Assembly: GCF_009914755.1 (NCBI RefSeq)
Contig: NC_060940.1
Length of the DNA stretch: 64,000 bases
Reading direction: 5' to 3' (one strand)
DNA from: the human T2T-CHM13v2.0 reference genome, Homo sapiens
Made by a program: the position numbers and the translations under genes. The notes beneath the pieces are model-generated. The model saw only the letters and a program-made list of their open reading frames with translations, searched no databases and was not told where the DNA came from. Below, in pieces: positions 31,450 to 53,497 of this stretch (its first letter is position 1; each line of letters begins with the position of its first letter).

Positions 31450-31716
31450 ATGTAATCCCAGCACTTTGGGAGGCCAGGGCGGGTGGATCAACTGAGGTCA
31501 GGAGTTCGAGACCAGCCTGACCAACATGGAGAAACCTCGTCCCTACTAAAAACACAAAATTAGCCAGGCATGGTGGTGCATGCCTGTAATCCCAGCTACT
31601 TGGGAGGCTGAGTCAGGAGAATCACTTGAACCTGGGAGGCAGAGGTTTCAGTGAGCCAAGATCGCACCATTGCACTCCAGCCTGGGCAAAAAGAGCGAAA
31701 CTCTGTCAAAAAAAAG

Positions 31717-31747
<31 letters not shown>

Positions 31748-31748
31748 A
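31450..31748 (+). mobile_element. AluSp/Sq, 5'-clipped, with (GA)n tail
   Basis: Starts at tgtaatcccagc; contains ctgaccaacatggagaaac. Confidence 0.92.
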
Positions 31749-32354
31749 AGCAGAGAGGCTACTGCAGAGAAAAGTCTAGAAGGATGGGTTCATGGGTTCA
31801 TCGAGAGACAATAGCTTAACAACCAGCACACCATAGTTGGCAAAACACTATCATTGAAAAAAAAACATGCTCAAAAGGGGAAATGCCAGTTTGGGTAAAT
31901 ATGCTTTTGTGTTGGAGAGAAAGAATTTGGAACAGGCTTTTCAGACCCCCTTAAGGCCCAACAAACAAATTATAATTTAGACAAGTCTGGGATTCTTCAC
32001 AGCTCAGCTTGTGGTGATGGTATTAGCTTCACAACTCCAAACAAGTTAAGCTGTCTGTGTGAAATCTCCTCAACAACACCTCACTGGCAAACCTGGAGGT
32101 GCTGAAAACAGAGCTTTCAATTCTTGTTTGCAACCAAGGGAGTTGAGTTGGCAGATGGGCACTGTGTCCAGCCTTGGGAAAGGACATCGCAGACTTTGCA
32201 TCCTAAGAACTCATAACCACAACGGCAAGGTAAGACACAAGCTCTTGAAAGTTTCCATCACAGTGCAGCACAAATGACCTTGGCTATGTGCCCTGTTATT
32301 GCTGGTCCCTGCTTAAAAATCTCCTGTGACTTCCAACCACACAAATTTCCTACC

Positions 32355-32872
32355 TGGTTGCAAAAATGCCCTTGATAATTCACCCCTCCCTCTATCTTGC
32401 CCCCTTTACAATGTGGCTTGGCAGCTCCTCCCATCAAGAGTTAAAATCTATTTCCTCACCCCTTGAATCTAGGCTGGCCATGGGACTTGCTTTGGCCAAT
32501 AGATGTGGCAGAAATTATGGCGTGACAGTTCTAAGCATGAGTCTCAAGAGGCTTTGCATGCAGCAACTTTCTCTTAGAACCCTGCCACCATGTGAACAAT
32601 CCTGCCTGGGCTAGCCTAATGGAGGATGAGAGACCATGTGGAAGAGAGCTGAGGTGCCCCAGCCAACAACCAGCCTACCCCAGAAGCAGAGGCATCTGCT
32701 GACCCACAGCTGACTCCAGATGCATAAGGGAGCTCAGCCTAGATCCAGAACGCCTCCCAGCTGAGTCTAGCCTAGACTGCCAGCCTGCCAAATCATGAAG
32801 TAATAAGGGACTATTGTTTTAAGTCACTACCTTTTGGGGGAATTTGATATGCAACAATAGCTCTCTGATACA
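32355..32872 (+). mobile_element. MLT1F/G-type MaLR LTR
   Basis: ccccttgaatctaggctggcc...cttgctttggccaatag...ccatgtgaacaa...tgttttaagtcac...caatag...tgataca. Confidence 0.8.
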
Positions 32873-32963
32873 TATAGGCCTACAAGTCTATAGAAAAACT
32901 ATGCTGCCTCTCTCTCCAGCCACACAATTTCTTTCTCTTCTCATTTACTATTCTAATTCCTCT

Positions 32964-33628
<665 letters not shown>

Positions 33629-34159
33629 GTCTACCTAGACCATTATTTCCCTTTCATCATCCACCAGCCAATTCCAGCACATCTTTTAGATCTCAGCTTA
33701 AATACTCCCTCCAAGACCTCCCTCTATCTCTAATATGAATGAAATCCATATCTCAAGTTCTTCACAGAATCCTCTACTCTTTCCTTCATGGCATTTGTCA
33801 TAATTTGTAATTATATATCTAGCAAAGTTCTTTGTTGTTAAACATCTACCTCCTCCACTCTCCTAGAAACTCCACAAGGACATCCCTGCACCCAGTGCCT
33901 AGGCAATGCCAGACACATAGCAGATGCTCCATTAATTATCTGTCGAATGACTGAATGGCTTCCAAGTTAGTTAACTGGGCACCCTTGATAACAGATTCTG
34001 GCCTATTTGAAGGATCAAAGAAGAAAGTGGTGCTACCTTCTCCCCTGCCACTATCTTGCCCACTTGTGGTGCCAGTTCAGGAGGTTTGGAATGGATGTGG
34101 CTAATGATAGACGTAGACCTATTGCCTTTCTTGGATCATAATTCTGCCAGGCTCTGAGT

Positions 34160-34670
34160 CCATGTGGCATCGATGGCTAATTGTCCTCCAAAATTTATCC
34201 TCTCTTCTTCCATTTATACCCTCCCATGGAGTTTTAACAGGGCATGTGGTCACCCTACTGGGATCTCACTTCTCAGCTTCCCTTGCAACTGGATGTGGCC
34301 TTGTGACTAAATTCTCATGAACAGAATGTGAGTGCAAGTGATGTGTCAGTATCTTCATCACTTTCCTAAAAAGGGAACTGCTGGTCCTCCACTTCCTCTC
34401 TTTCACCCTTCCAATGAGCCAGAACATGCATGTGATGCTGGTGAGTCAGCTTCAGTCACATGAATAAAAACAAACTCCAGGAGATGACTAAGCAATAAGA
34501 CAGAAGGAACCCAAGTCCCTAGATGAGTTCACAGAACCAAGCTACCTATCCAACCCTGGGCCCACCTGGATTATAACATGAGAAAAACATAAGTCCTAAT
34601 CATATTTTTGAAGCACTGCATTTTAGGGCTTCTTTGTGACAGCAGCCTACCCTCTAGTCTAATCAATATA
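34160..34670 (+). mobile_element. Old MLT1 (I/J-type) LTR
   Basis: cagcttcccttgcaactggatgtggccttgtgactaaattct...tctttgtgacagcagcct...ctaatcaatata. Confidence 0.65.
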
Positions 34671-34693
34671 CCTCACCAAGTCTCCTGCTCCTA

Positions 34694-35117
<424 letters not shown>

Positions 35118-35844
35118 TCAACTTGCCCCTGTCATCAGACAGGACAAATTCCCCACTGGTCCTTTGCACTCACAGCTGTTACATTTGAAATGGGAGCTTA
35201 GCCTTCCCTGCCCTGGTTCCTCCTTAGACTCATTTGGGAAAACAGGAAACGTAATTATTTCTGCCATTACCTTTATCTCATGGAGCCTGACAGAGTGTAA
35301 CCAATGGTAGGAATTAAAACATTCTAATTGCCAACTCACAACAACTCCCGAAAAAAATCATTTTAACTCATTATACATATTAAATTATGACATGCTTAAT
35401 GTCCAAACCTAATAGATTCAGTACTCAGGAAATCCCTTATACAGGTAGACACCTTTCCTCCTGTACTTTAAGAAAATCTTACATCAATATGCGGGACTTC
35501 TCAAATTTTTCTATCACAGTTTTCTTAATAGGAAGGAGAATTTGTGCCAAAAGATGTATGGAAATTTAGCACAAAGTAGCCCTCTACAAGCGGAGGATTT
35601 CTTTAAAGCATTGTGTTTTATCTCAAGATTCCATGGCAAATGTTTATCTTCTCTGCTTGTTTTAGTATGAAATAGTTTTCATTTGCTTGTCATCATTTTT
35701 AAGGAGTTGAAAATACAATCAACCTCACTCATCATAAAATAAAAGCAAATTAAAACTACTATGACATATTTTCACCTACAAAATTGAGAACATTTTAAAA
35801 TGTGATAATAGTTCTATTAACAAGGGTGTGAGAAGACAATTCTC

Positions 35845-36214
<370 letters not shown>

Positions 36215-36946
36215 TTAGAAAACATGTATCAAATTTTTATGCAAAATTTAAATAGACCCACAATTAGACCCTAGGAATTTATTCTCCAGATATTCTCATG
36301 CATGCGTGCAAGGTATATTTGCAAAGATTTGTATCCAGCACTATCTGTAATTGCAAAAATCCAGAAGCAACCTCAGTGTCAATCCTTAGAAGACTGTGTA
36401 CATGAGATACTGTACATGTTGGTTGGGTTCTCCGAGAAGCGCATGCCTGGATAGAATGCAAAAGATTCATTAGGGAGTAACACCTCTGCCAGAAAAGCAG
36501 AAGAGATAGGATTGGGCAGGAGGGGCCATTAGAGCACAATTTAGAGCTACCACCATTTCAGAAGGCAGCAAAGATTGCCTGTTAGAGAAATGGTCAGGCC
36601 CTTGTACCCTCAGTCACTGGATGGGAGCCACTCCAAGAAGAGCATGACCATGACTTAACAGCTAAGGGGACCCTGAAAGAGCTGCCAGGTTAAGGCTATC
36701 AGCTCCTCACTCCCCACAGCTGGACAGAGAGCCTTTGTTTAAGGAAGATCTGAGCAGCTCATCTCCAGGTCTGGCACAAGGGTTACCCATAGGATGAAGA
36801 TGGAAGACATGAATCTATATGTATTAGTATGGAACAATCTCCATGATAGATTTTTAAGTGAAAGAGCAATAGTAAATTGCAAAAGAGAACATAACGTTTT
36901 GGGACTAGGCAGAAGTGATAACCGAACAACAGTGTGAATGGAGTAA

Positions 36947-37304
<358 letters not shown>

Positions 37305-38724
37305 CCATCTCAATGTTTTAAAAGAGAGAGAATACAGCATGCTGTCATTTGTGTTAATTTTAAAAAGGAAATGAATTTATGTGCATGTATAAATGCTAGA
37401 CATGGAATCTCTCTGAAAGGAGCCATGAAACACTCATACTATGATCTCCAGTCAGGAAAGAGACTTAATTTTCACTGTACGCCCTTGGTGCTGCTTAAAT
37501 TTTTATCATGTGCATGTAATTACACCCTGTCTTTAAAAATCATTAAAGATGTTTAATTGTTCTGATGAAGGAATACATTACTTGCCATCAAGAAAAATGA
37601 ATGAAAAATTTTCTGCGAGACAATTTTTAGCAAGACACTGTTGTATTGATCATTCAAGTTCAGAAAATTCAGCCTCCGTCAAGGGGCACAAACATCATAT
37701 ATCAGGTTCAGTTTGTCCTCTCTCTCAGAGTCAAAGTGCTTTAGGAACATAGACACAATAAGTTTCTGGAACCAAATGGCAAATATCAAAACTTGCTAGA
37801 ACAGGAGAAAAGTGTATCTTATTGAAAATTCACCAGCTGCTATACCATTCAGCATTGGGAAAATCAGCATACCTTCTTAGACTTCATTATTTTAAAGATG
37901 GCAAAATAGCCAAGTCATGGATGTCTCCCCCTTTCATCAAAATGTAAAGAACTAGCTGCCTCTGGGACTCTCCACCAATTTTCAAGCACGTCTTTTGAAC
38001 CCATTTGATGGTGTCACTCAATAAGGGCACCTTTTTCAACTTGGCTGCCTCTTTTTGACCCAAAATAATTTCAACCCTTTTCTGCAGCTCCGGGCTTCAC
38101 CAGGCTTTCTATTATTGCATATACCTTTCATAGTGATTCTAAACCGACCTCGAATGAAGAGACAAATGATTTTTTATCTATTTGTTTGATTGCACTTCTC
38201 CTTGTACTGCTCCAAGACAAGGCTTGTCTTTTGAGTTGCAAAAAATACTAGCGCTCTATTTCCAAAGTCAAACAAGTGGCTTTTCAATGTCTCTGCAAGT
38301 GTTTTGTTTCATGCAGTCAGTGCTGACTTTTCTCGATGGAGAGACATATGGTTTGGGCCCATTTTAGCAACTCTATAATAAAACTGATTATAAAAATAAG
38401 CATCTAAGAATATCTTAGGCTTTTAAGATTGACACCACTGCTTGCTACTCAATTGCTAGTTGTGGTTGGCAGTGCACGCAGTGTCTTTGTGGTCAAGTTC
38501 ATTGTGGCAAGCTCAGAGGTCATGTCAGATCACAACACAGGGACTTTGAATTGGGTGAACATCCATTCATTACATGGCACACGTCACGAGCTTCAAGGTT
38601 TTGCTTCAAAAACTCTTCTGTCTTCTAGGTGAAAGTATAAGTTTAAACTTACTGCTCTTTAAGAAAGTAAATGAAAAATGACACTAAAGTCCCAAAAGCC
38701 AGAATTGTCAGCAATCCTAGGTGC

Positions 38725-39820
<1,096 letters not shown>

Positions 39821-40296
39821 ACTATTCAAGGGCAGGGGGGTTGGGGGAGGTATCAAGAATGTTTAGAATATAGCTAACCACATACCCTTTTAGAAACAGT
39901 CTTCTCTGAACATTTCTCCTGTCTCCAAGCCTCAGTTTCCTCATCTATGAAATAAGAACACTACTACTTCCTTTTTAAGGTTGTTAAACTGGTTAAATGA
40001 GATTATGCAGGGAAAGCATCACTAGTCAGTGCTCAAAAATGTGCTTTTTAAATTTCCTCCCTTTGCCTCTTATTCTCAACTTTGTCCTTTGTAATATTAT
40101 TGTTCTTTAAGTGGGCTTGGTTTTGTCCTATCTTTGCCCATTCACTCACTGCTCCCCATCCACCCAAATCCCCTCTGTATTCTGTTTATGCAAGACTGAG
40201 TTTACCCCTTCTCAGTCCATTGACTTATCTCTCCTCACTCATTGACTTGTCCCAGGCAATTTATTCTGCAATCTTGGACAAAAATCTGGATTTTCA

Positions 40297-40612
40297 GCCA
40301 GGTGCAGTGGCTCACACCTGTAAACCCAGCACTTTGGGAGGCCAAGGCGGGTAGATCATTTGAGGTCAGGAGTTTGAGACCAGCCTGACCAACATGACGA
40401 AACCCTGTCTCTACTAGAAATACAAAAATTAGCTGGGTGTGGTGACGTGTGCCTGTAATTCCAGGCATGCCTGTAATCCCAGCTACTCGGGAGGCTGAGG
40501 CAGGAGAATCGCTTGAACCCAGGAGACGGAGGTTGCAGTCAGGCGAGCTCACGCCACTGTATTCCAGCCTGGGCAACAAAGCGAGACTTCATCTCAAAAA
40601 AAAATAATAATA
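40297..40612 (+). mobile_element. AluS with small internal duplication
   Basis: gcctgtaattccaggcatgcctgtaatccc. Confidence 0.92.
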
Positions 40613-40683
40613 ATTCATTATGTAATCCAGCTTTGAAACACTCTTTGGCTACACTTTTGTATGCTTTAAGGAGGAACAAAACA

Positions 40684-41048
40684 CAGATGGTCTCCAACTT
40701 ACATTGGTTAAATCTACAATTTTTCAGCTTTACAATGGTGCAAAAACAATGTGCATTCAGTAGAAACTGTACTTCAAGTACCCATACAACCATTCTGGTT
40801 TGCCCCTTCAGTACAATGTTCAATGAATTATGTGAGATATTCAACACTTTATTATAAAACAGGCTTTATTTTAGATGACTTTGCCCAACCTTAGGCTAAT
40901 GTAAGTGTTCTAAGCATGTTTAAGGTAGGCTAGGCTAAGCTATGATGTTCAGTAGGTTAGGTGTATTAAAGCAAGTTTTACTTAAGATATTTTCAAGTTA
41001 CAGTGGGTTTATTGAGATGCAACCTCATTGTAAGTCAAGGAACATCTG
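40684..41048 (-). mobile_element. Tigger3a/MER7-type Tc1-mariner MITE
   Basis: Terminal inverted repeats cagatggtctccaacttaca ... tgtaagtcaaggaacatctg followed by TA. Confidence 0.85.
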
Positions 41049-41137
41049 TACTTCAGAAGTCATCAAAGCTGCATGAGCAGGACACAAGTCATATGAAAAG
41101 CCAGGTAGACATAATGCTATAAAAAATCCCTCCATTG

Positions 41138-41517
<380 letters not shown>

Positions 41518-42622
41518 TCATCTCCTATCCTGGGGCTCTCAGGACCATAATGCAAGAGTCTCCCTCTAAACCTGCCAGCCCCAGGGCTTTTCCCGCCTTC
41601 CTCATCCTAAGTCCTGAAAAGTTCACTGGGCCAAATGGTGAACCACGCACTTATTGCCCCATAACCCTTGGTACAAATGTCTCCAAATATATCCATCAAG
41701 CCTACATGTAGTACTGAGAATAACAACAGTAGCTAACATTGATTGGACACTTCTAAGCCCCTTAAATCCATTATCTTACTTAATTCTCACAACACTGATC
41801 AAGAGTTGGATAAAATAATCCACTCTCAAGCCAGCAAATCTAAACCAGCCACTCTTCCGTATGGATTCCTGCTCTTATGGTAACAAGGGCTTGCCTTCCC
41901 CACCTTTATTCTTAACCCTTCTGGAAAACCTCTGCTCCTCCTTTTCTGAGATGGAAAAATTTATAAGTGAAAAACCATTCCATCTTTCGAGGTGTGGAGG
42001 GAGGAAAACAATCACTCCTGCCTTCAACTAAGAGTGTGAAAAATAAGCTTAACTAAACCTGAAATACATTTTCAAATGCCTTTGAAAAGACTTATAAATC
42101 AAATCACATTTGTCCATCTCTCTGCTCTTCAAAATTATCATGCATGCACCTGAAGTTTAAGCAAAGAAATCCATTAAACAAACAAACCTAAAATCATAAA
42201 ACCCAGATTTAGAGATTTATCCGCTCAGTCTAATGAATGCCCAATTCAGAATACAATTTTGTCTTCAAAGAGCCCTGAAGGTTCTTATCTTTCTTATCTT
42301 TCTATAGTGTTAACAGAAATATTACATCTTTGAAAAGAAGAAAAACATTATTCCCAGAGCTAAAACAGAAAAGGCTTTGAACTATTTTAGGGATAAATCA
42401 ACTCACAGTTACCAATAAACCAAAAAGAATAAAAAAGACTGTTTCAAACCAAGTTGACTACTCTTACATATATTCAAGTGTCAACTTACAAATCAGTCTT
42501 TAAATATACACGTACACTTTCTAACTCTCCTGAAATGTCACCCAAGCCCCCATTCAATCAGCTAAAAACAATTTAATTCTTTCTCTAGGGAGGAAATCAG
42601 GTTATCAGATAAGTAAACCTTA

Positions 42623-42877
<255 letters not shown>

Positions 42878-42990
42878 TTACCTACCATTGTCTCTCGGGC
42901 TTCAACCTTATTTGAAAGTCTTAATTTGCAGTTCCACATACTGCAAACACAAGACCCAGTCTTTCTGGTTCTTATTTTACCTGGAGATTA

Positions 42991-43289
<299 letters not shown>

Positions 43290-43711
43290 TTAAGTTTCTG
43301 TCTTACAATATCATAAGAAAATGGCTGGACAGGTTTTCACCAAAGTTGGAGGGTACTTTTGTGATGGGTTTGGTTTAAATTGGTTTAAAATATAAGACAC
43401 ATAGTCCATAGAGAATTCACCTATGGACTATGCTGCTAAGAGAATCTCAAAGAGATGCACTGTTATGCTCCAGAGTTTTGTGAGAGGCCACTAAGGTCAG
43501 GAGACACATGCCATATATATCAAGATGCTGTCAACAGAGAAAACCAGTGAGGTTTCAAACAGAAGCCCCGCTCCATTCAACCAGGCAGCCACTCCTCATT
43601 GCAGGTGCTGACCTGGGCTTTGGCTGCTTCTCACATGGGCAACTCTATACACTCTATTCCTGGGAGAAGGGCAGCAAAGACCCACTTATTAAATGATGTT
43701 TAACAATCCTC

Positions 43712-44073
<362 letters not shown>

Positions 44074-44239
44074 TCATATTTGTGTAAGCTACCCTCCGGA
44101 GTCTACAAGTTAAAAGGCACACTTTAATCAATTTGGCAACTTGCATGGCATTTTCCTCCACTATTTGTAGGATGCTGGTATCTCCTTAACAGCTACTGTT
44201 TTCCTATGCAACACACAATGACTTCTTGAACACATGGCA

Positions 44240-44830
44240 GCTTTTCATTTGTTCATTTAACAAATACTTATTGAGTTACTACTATGTGCCAAACACCATT
44301 ATAAAGGTACTGAGGATACAGCGGTGAACAAGATGGACAAAAATCCCTGCCTTTGTACTACATTCTTGAGTGGGTGTGAGGAGACAATGAACCAAAGAAT
44401 GAACAAACTGTGTATTGTGCAGGTGTGTCATGGGAAAAAAATGAAGGAGGGAAGAAAAGCGGAAAAGCAGAAAATGTCAGGAATGCACTTCCGTGGCGGG
44501 TGGCCAGACAGGTGGCCAAGAAGTGACATTTGAACTAAAGAAGGTATAAGTGAGCAAGCTATGAGGGAATTTGGCAAAACAATTTCGGAGGCGGAGGTCA
44601 CAGCCAGCAGGTGCAAAGGCCTGGGGCAGGAGTGGGTCCAGGGCATGGGACGGATGGGGAGAAGGTCAGCATGGCTGAAGGAAGTAGGGGGTAAGCTCAA
44701 ACAAGTCGCAGGTGGGAAACTGAGTGTATTGGACCTTGTAGGCAATTTTAAGAACTTTAGTTTCCACTCATTAACATGGAAAACCACTGGAAGGTTTTGA
44801 GCAAAGGAATAACATAATCTGCCTTTTTTT
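44240..44830 (+). mobile_element. L2 fragment
   Basis: cattt.ttcatttaacaaatacttattgag..actactatgtgcca...ggtgcaaaggcctggggcagga...ccactggaaggttttgagca. Confidence 0.8.
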
Positions 44831-45010
44831 CTTCAAATGCTGTGAAACAAATACTTATTTGACCCTATCACCATTTCTACCTTTGGAAAGGCTATGGTGT
44901 GTTACTGGATGTTGAGGATAGCTTACTCTTCAATGTGCAGTAACCAAACTGAATTCATTCTTTCTCAAGATGAGAGAAAGATAAGCCAGGTATGGTGGCT
45001 TTCTTAGATA

Positions 45011-45258
45011 AGCCAGGTATGGTGGCTCACGCCTGTGAGCTGAGGCGAGAGGATCACTTGAGGCCAGGAGTTGAAGACCAGCCTGGGCAACATAGTGAGA
45101 CCCCTCATCTCTTAAAAATTTTTTTTTAGTTAGCCAGACATTGTGGCATCCGCCTGTAATCCCAGCTCTTTGGGAAGCTGAAGTGAGCTATGATCACGCC
45201 ACTGCACCCCAGCCTGGGTGACAGAGTGAGACCCCCATCTCTAATTTTGAAAAAAAGA
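45011..45258 (+). mobile_element. AluJ with internal deletions
   Basis: Alu consensus with gaps. Confidence 0.85.
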
Positions 45259-45317
45259 CTGGATAGGGCCTGGTTAATACAACTAACTCCCCAAAATTCA
45301 AGTTTTTCATATAGGTC

Positions 45318-46340
45318 TTTTTTAAAAAATAGCTTTAATTGACATAAAATTCACCCATTTAAAGTTTACAATTCAATGGATTTTTATATATTCACAATGT
45401 AGTACAACCATCATTATAATTTTTTTTTTTTTTTTAGACAGAGTCTAGCTCTATTGTCCAGAGCTGGAGTGCAGTGGCGTGATCTCAGCTCACTGCAACC
45501 TCCATCTCCTGAGTTCAAGCGATCCTCCCACTTTGGCCTCCCAAGTAACTAGGATTACAGGCATGTGCCATCACGCCTGGCTAAGTTTTGTATTTTTACT
45601 AGAGATGGGGTTTCACCACGTTGGCCACGCTTGTCTCAAACTCCTGGCTTCAAGTGATCCACCTGCCTCGGGTCCAAAGTGCTGGGATTACAGGCATGAG
45701 CCACAGCACCTGCCCGTAATCTACGTTAGAACTTTTTATCATCCCATCACCCATTTAAGTCTTTACCCATTAGCCATCACTCCCCATTTTCTCAACCCTT
45801 CCCGCAAAACCCCTACCCAGCCTTGGGCAACCACTAATCTACTTTCTATACATTTGCCTATTCTGAACATTTCATATCAATGGAATCATACTACATGTGA
45901 CATTTTGCATCTGGCTTCTTAGAATAAGATTTTCAAGGTTCGTCTATGTTGTAGCATATATCAGCACTTCAGTCCTTTTGAGTTTTTTTTTAACAATCTT
46001 TACCATTTTCAAGTGTATCGTTTCATGGCAGTAAGTATATTCACACTGTTGTGTAACCATACCCACCATCCATCTCCAGAACTCTTGTCACCTCTCCAAA
46101 CTGAAACTCTGTACCCATTAAACAACAATTCCCATTCCCCACCCCACCCCAGTCCCTGGTATGGCAACCACCATTGTACTTTCTGTCTCTATAAATATGA
46201 CTACTCATACTTCATTTTTTAAATTGCCAAGTAATGTTTCATTGTATGGATATACTGTACAACAATTTAACTATCCATTCAGCTAATGGACATTTGGGGT
46301 TTTTTTAACCTTTTGGCTATCATGAATAATGTTCTGATAC
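45318..46340 (-). mobile_element. L1MB/MA fragments containing AluS (45420-45715, minus)
   Basis: aaaattcacccatttaaagt.tacaattca...ccatccatctccagaactc...aaactgaaactctgtacccattaaaca. Confidence 0.8.
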
Positions 46341-46378
46341 TTCGTGTGTGTGTATAGATAGATAGATAAATTAAATAG

Positions 46379-46704
<326 letters not shown>

Positions 46705-47535
46705 GATACTTTTTTTTTTTAAGTATTATTCCAGTTGCCTTGTTGAAAATAGACCCCAAGAAAGCAAATCTCAAACAGAGAAAACTGCTAGGAAGTTCTT
46801 GCTGGAATCCAGGTGAGAACGGATAGAGGCTCACATTTAAATGAAGTAGTCAGAAATAGCCACATTTGGATGTATTTTTATACAATTCCTGCTCCTGAAG
46901 TCTTCCCCACTCCTTTTTTTTTTTTTTTAACCATTACTACAATTGCTTTGCTGCCTTTTTGCTGATTTATTGGATCACGTGTTTAAAACCCTGATGTGAA
47001 CACCTACATTTATCCTTCTTACTGGGTATGTGTTAGGTATTTAACAAAGTCTTAGTTCTCCTGGAGTCTGCCTGCATGAACCAACCAAATATAAATCTGC
47101 AAAATGGGAACTCTACAGTGTCTCTTCAGTTTTGCTGTCAAGATTTCACAGCCTCAGCTTCTAAAATTATTTCATCAAGTTCAATGGATACATATTCTTG
47201 AACTCTTTTCTAGCCTATATTTTCCAACAATGTTGCTAACTATATTTCCATACCAGCCTTCTTATCTAACATACTGGTTAAAATGTCAAAAAGCAGAGGG
47301 TTTAAAAAGCTTTTCTCGGTGGAATGTGCTTCTCCTTCATACATGATATAACTTGATTTGAACAATGTCACAAAGATATTTTCTCTGTTAGATTAAAATT
47401 TTGTTTGCATGAATTTTTCAATAGCTTTAAGCAGTTGAATAGCAATATATGCAGGAAGAAGCTGAGAGACTTATGTAATAGATATTTCATGTATCTATAA
47501 CCCACACTGCTGCCCAGGAAAGGTGCGCTGCATTA

Positions 47536-47928
<393 letters not shown>

Positions 47929-48337
47929 TTACTTTTTGTGAAGTGTGCAATGTAAATTTCACTTTGGTCTCCCCACCGGAATCATCAACTAAAGTCTACA
48001 CTGCTATATCGGCTATCTATTGCTGTGTAACAAATTATTCCAAAACTCAGTGGCTTAAAACAACACATTTATTATCTCACAGTTTCTGTGGGTTAGGAAT
48101 TCAAAGATGGGCCCCCTGCTTCAGGGTCTCCCATGGGTTGCTATCTAGGTGTAAGCTAGGTCTCATCTCAAGACTCAACTGGGGCAGGATCCACTTCCAA
48201 GTGCACCCACATGATTATTGGCAGGATTCGTTTCCCATGAACTGTTGTCAGAAGCCGCTTTCAGATCCTTGCCACGTGGGCCTCTCCGAAGGGCAGCTCA
48301 CAACACAACAGCTTGATTTATCAGAGCAAGCAGGCAA

Positions 48338-49385
<1,048 letters not shown>

Positions 49386-49502
49386 GCAAGAAGGCAAGAC
49401 AGAGTGTGTGCTAGCAAGACAGAAGTCCGTGTGTTTGGTAACCTAATCTCAAACTGAAATGCCGTCACCTTTGCTGTGTTCTACTGATTAAAAGCTAGTC
49501 AC

Positions 49503-50843
<1,341 letters not shown>

Positions 50844-52126
50844 TAAAAGCTAGTCACTAGGTCCAGCCCACAGTCAGGGCAAGGGGTCACAAAAGGACGT
50901 GAATATGAGGTGGCAGGGATCATTTGGGGTCATCTTAGAAGCTGTCTACCACAATGTTCCACTATGAATTATTTCAGAGGATTCACACCTGGGGCAAGGA
51001 GGTACATCGATAGCATGCAACCAGAAGGAGTCCTGAGACAGTCATTTGCAGAAACCCTGGTGAAGTTTTGGTTTTCCTTGGCCATGCAATCAGGGGCTAC
51101 TCACTGGCTGATGGACTCAGCTGACACCCAGATTAATTTGAGAACTGTATCCACAGTCATTAACTAGGGGGCAGTGCCCAACTGTCCCCAAGCCAGAAGT
51201 AAGAGGTATGCATCTTCACGACCTCAATGACAAACTTGATCATATAAAATAGGCAGCATTCATTGACCTGGTTCAGGCTACGCCGGAGGTGGACTACCAC
51301 CTGGAAACAGAGAGACATTGCGGAAGCTTCCCTGAGGTTCCCCTTGCAGCCTTCAGGGGTGAATTCTTTGACACTGGGTGTTTGAAATGGAGCAATCAAG
51401 GCCCCAGCAAAAAACAGATGCACACTCCAATGGGGTAATTGAGGACAGTTTAGGAAAGAGATTATTTACAGAAGTGTGGACAGGATTAAGAGAAAACAAG
51501 GATGTGGAGCACGCTGGTATTATCAACAGTGGGGTCTAAAAGGGAAGGAGAGAGAGAGAGAGAATCCTGGAACCCAGAGAGAGCTGTCGCTGTAAGACAG
51601 AGCTGCCCAACAGGAACTGTGGCCTTTGGGGAGAAACTGAGCCACTGCAAACTCTCAGCCCGGAAGGAAAGAAGCCAAAGGAATAAATACCCTGACCTCC
51701 CCTTCCACCCTCCAATCTCCTACTGGGTCCCCACTGGCCAGTCTGGCTCCCTGGGCACACTAGAGTTGAGAAGAACGGACAGCGGATTTGGAGGCGCAAG
51801 CAGAAAGTATCCAAAACCTAGACAGAAGCCAGGCAGCTTCACATGAGCTTTTTAAAAGTGTAGAAGTCATAAAAATTCTCCTGGGAATGAGCAAACACAT
51901 GGGCTTTCAGAAGCTGAACACAAAATAGCTTTTAAAATGAAAGTCTGCTCTGGAAGGGAAAAGGTGGTTCCTGGCAATGTGCAGAGGAGGATTAAAGTCC
52001 CCACCCTCAACTCCAGCCTGCTGCGTCTTCCAAGAGAGAATTCCCCAGAGCCTGGACTAGGGAAGCATTGGCACCACTGGGAAAAGCTGCTACAGCCCTT
52101 GTTGGGCGGCTCTTTCTCACAGCTAC

Positions 52127-53497
<1,371 letters not shown>

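Noticed and set aside
51160-51180. CTCF-like motif aactagggggcagtg
   Set aside because: Lacks the conserved CC at the 5' side of the core; too weak to call.
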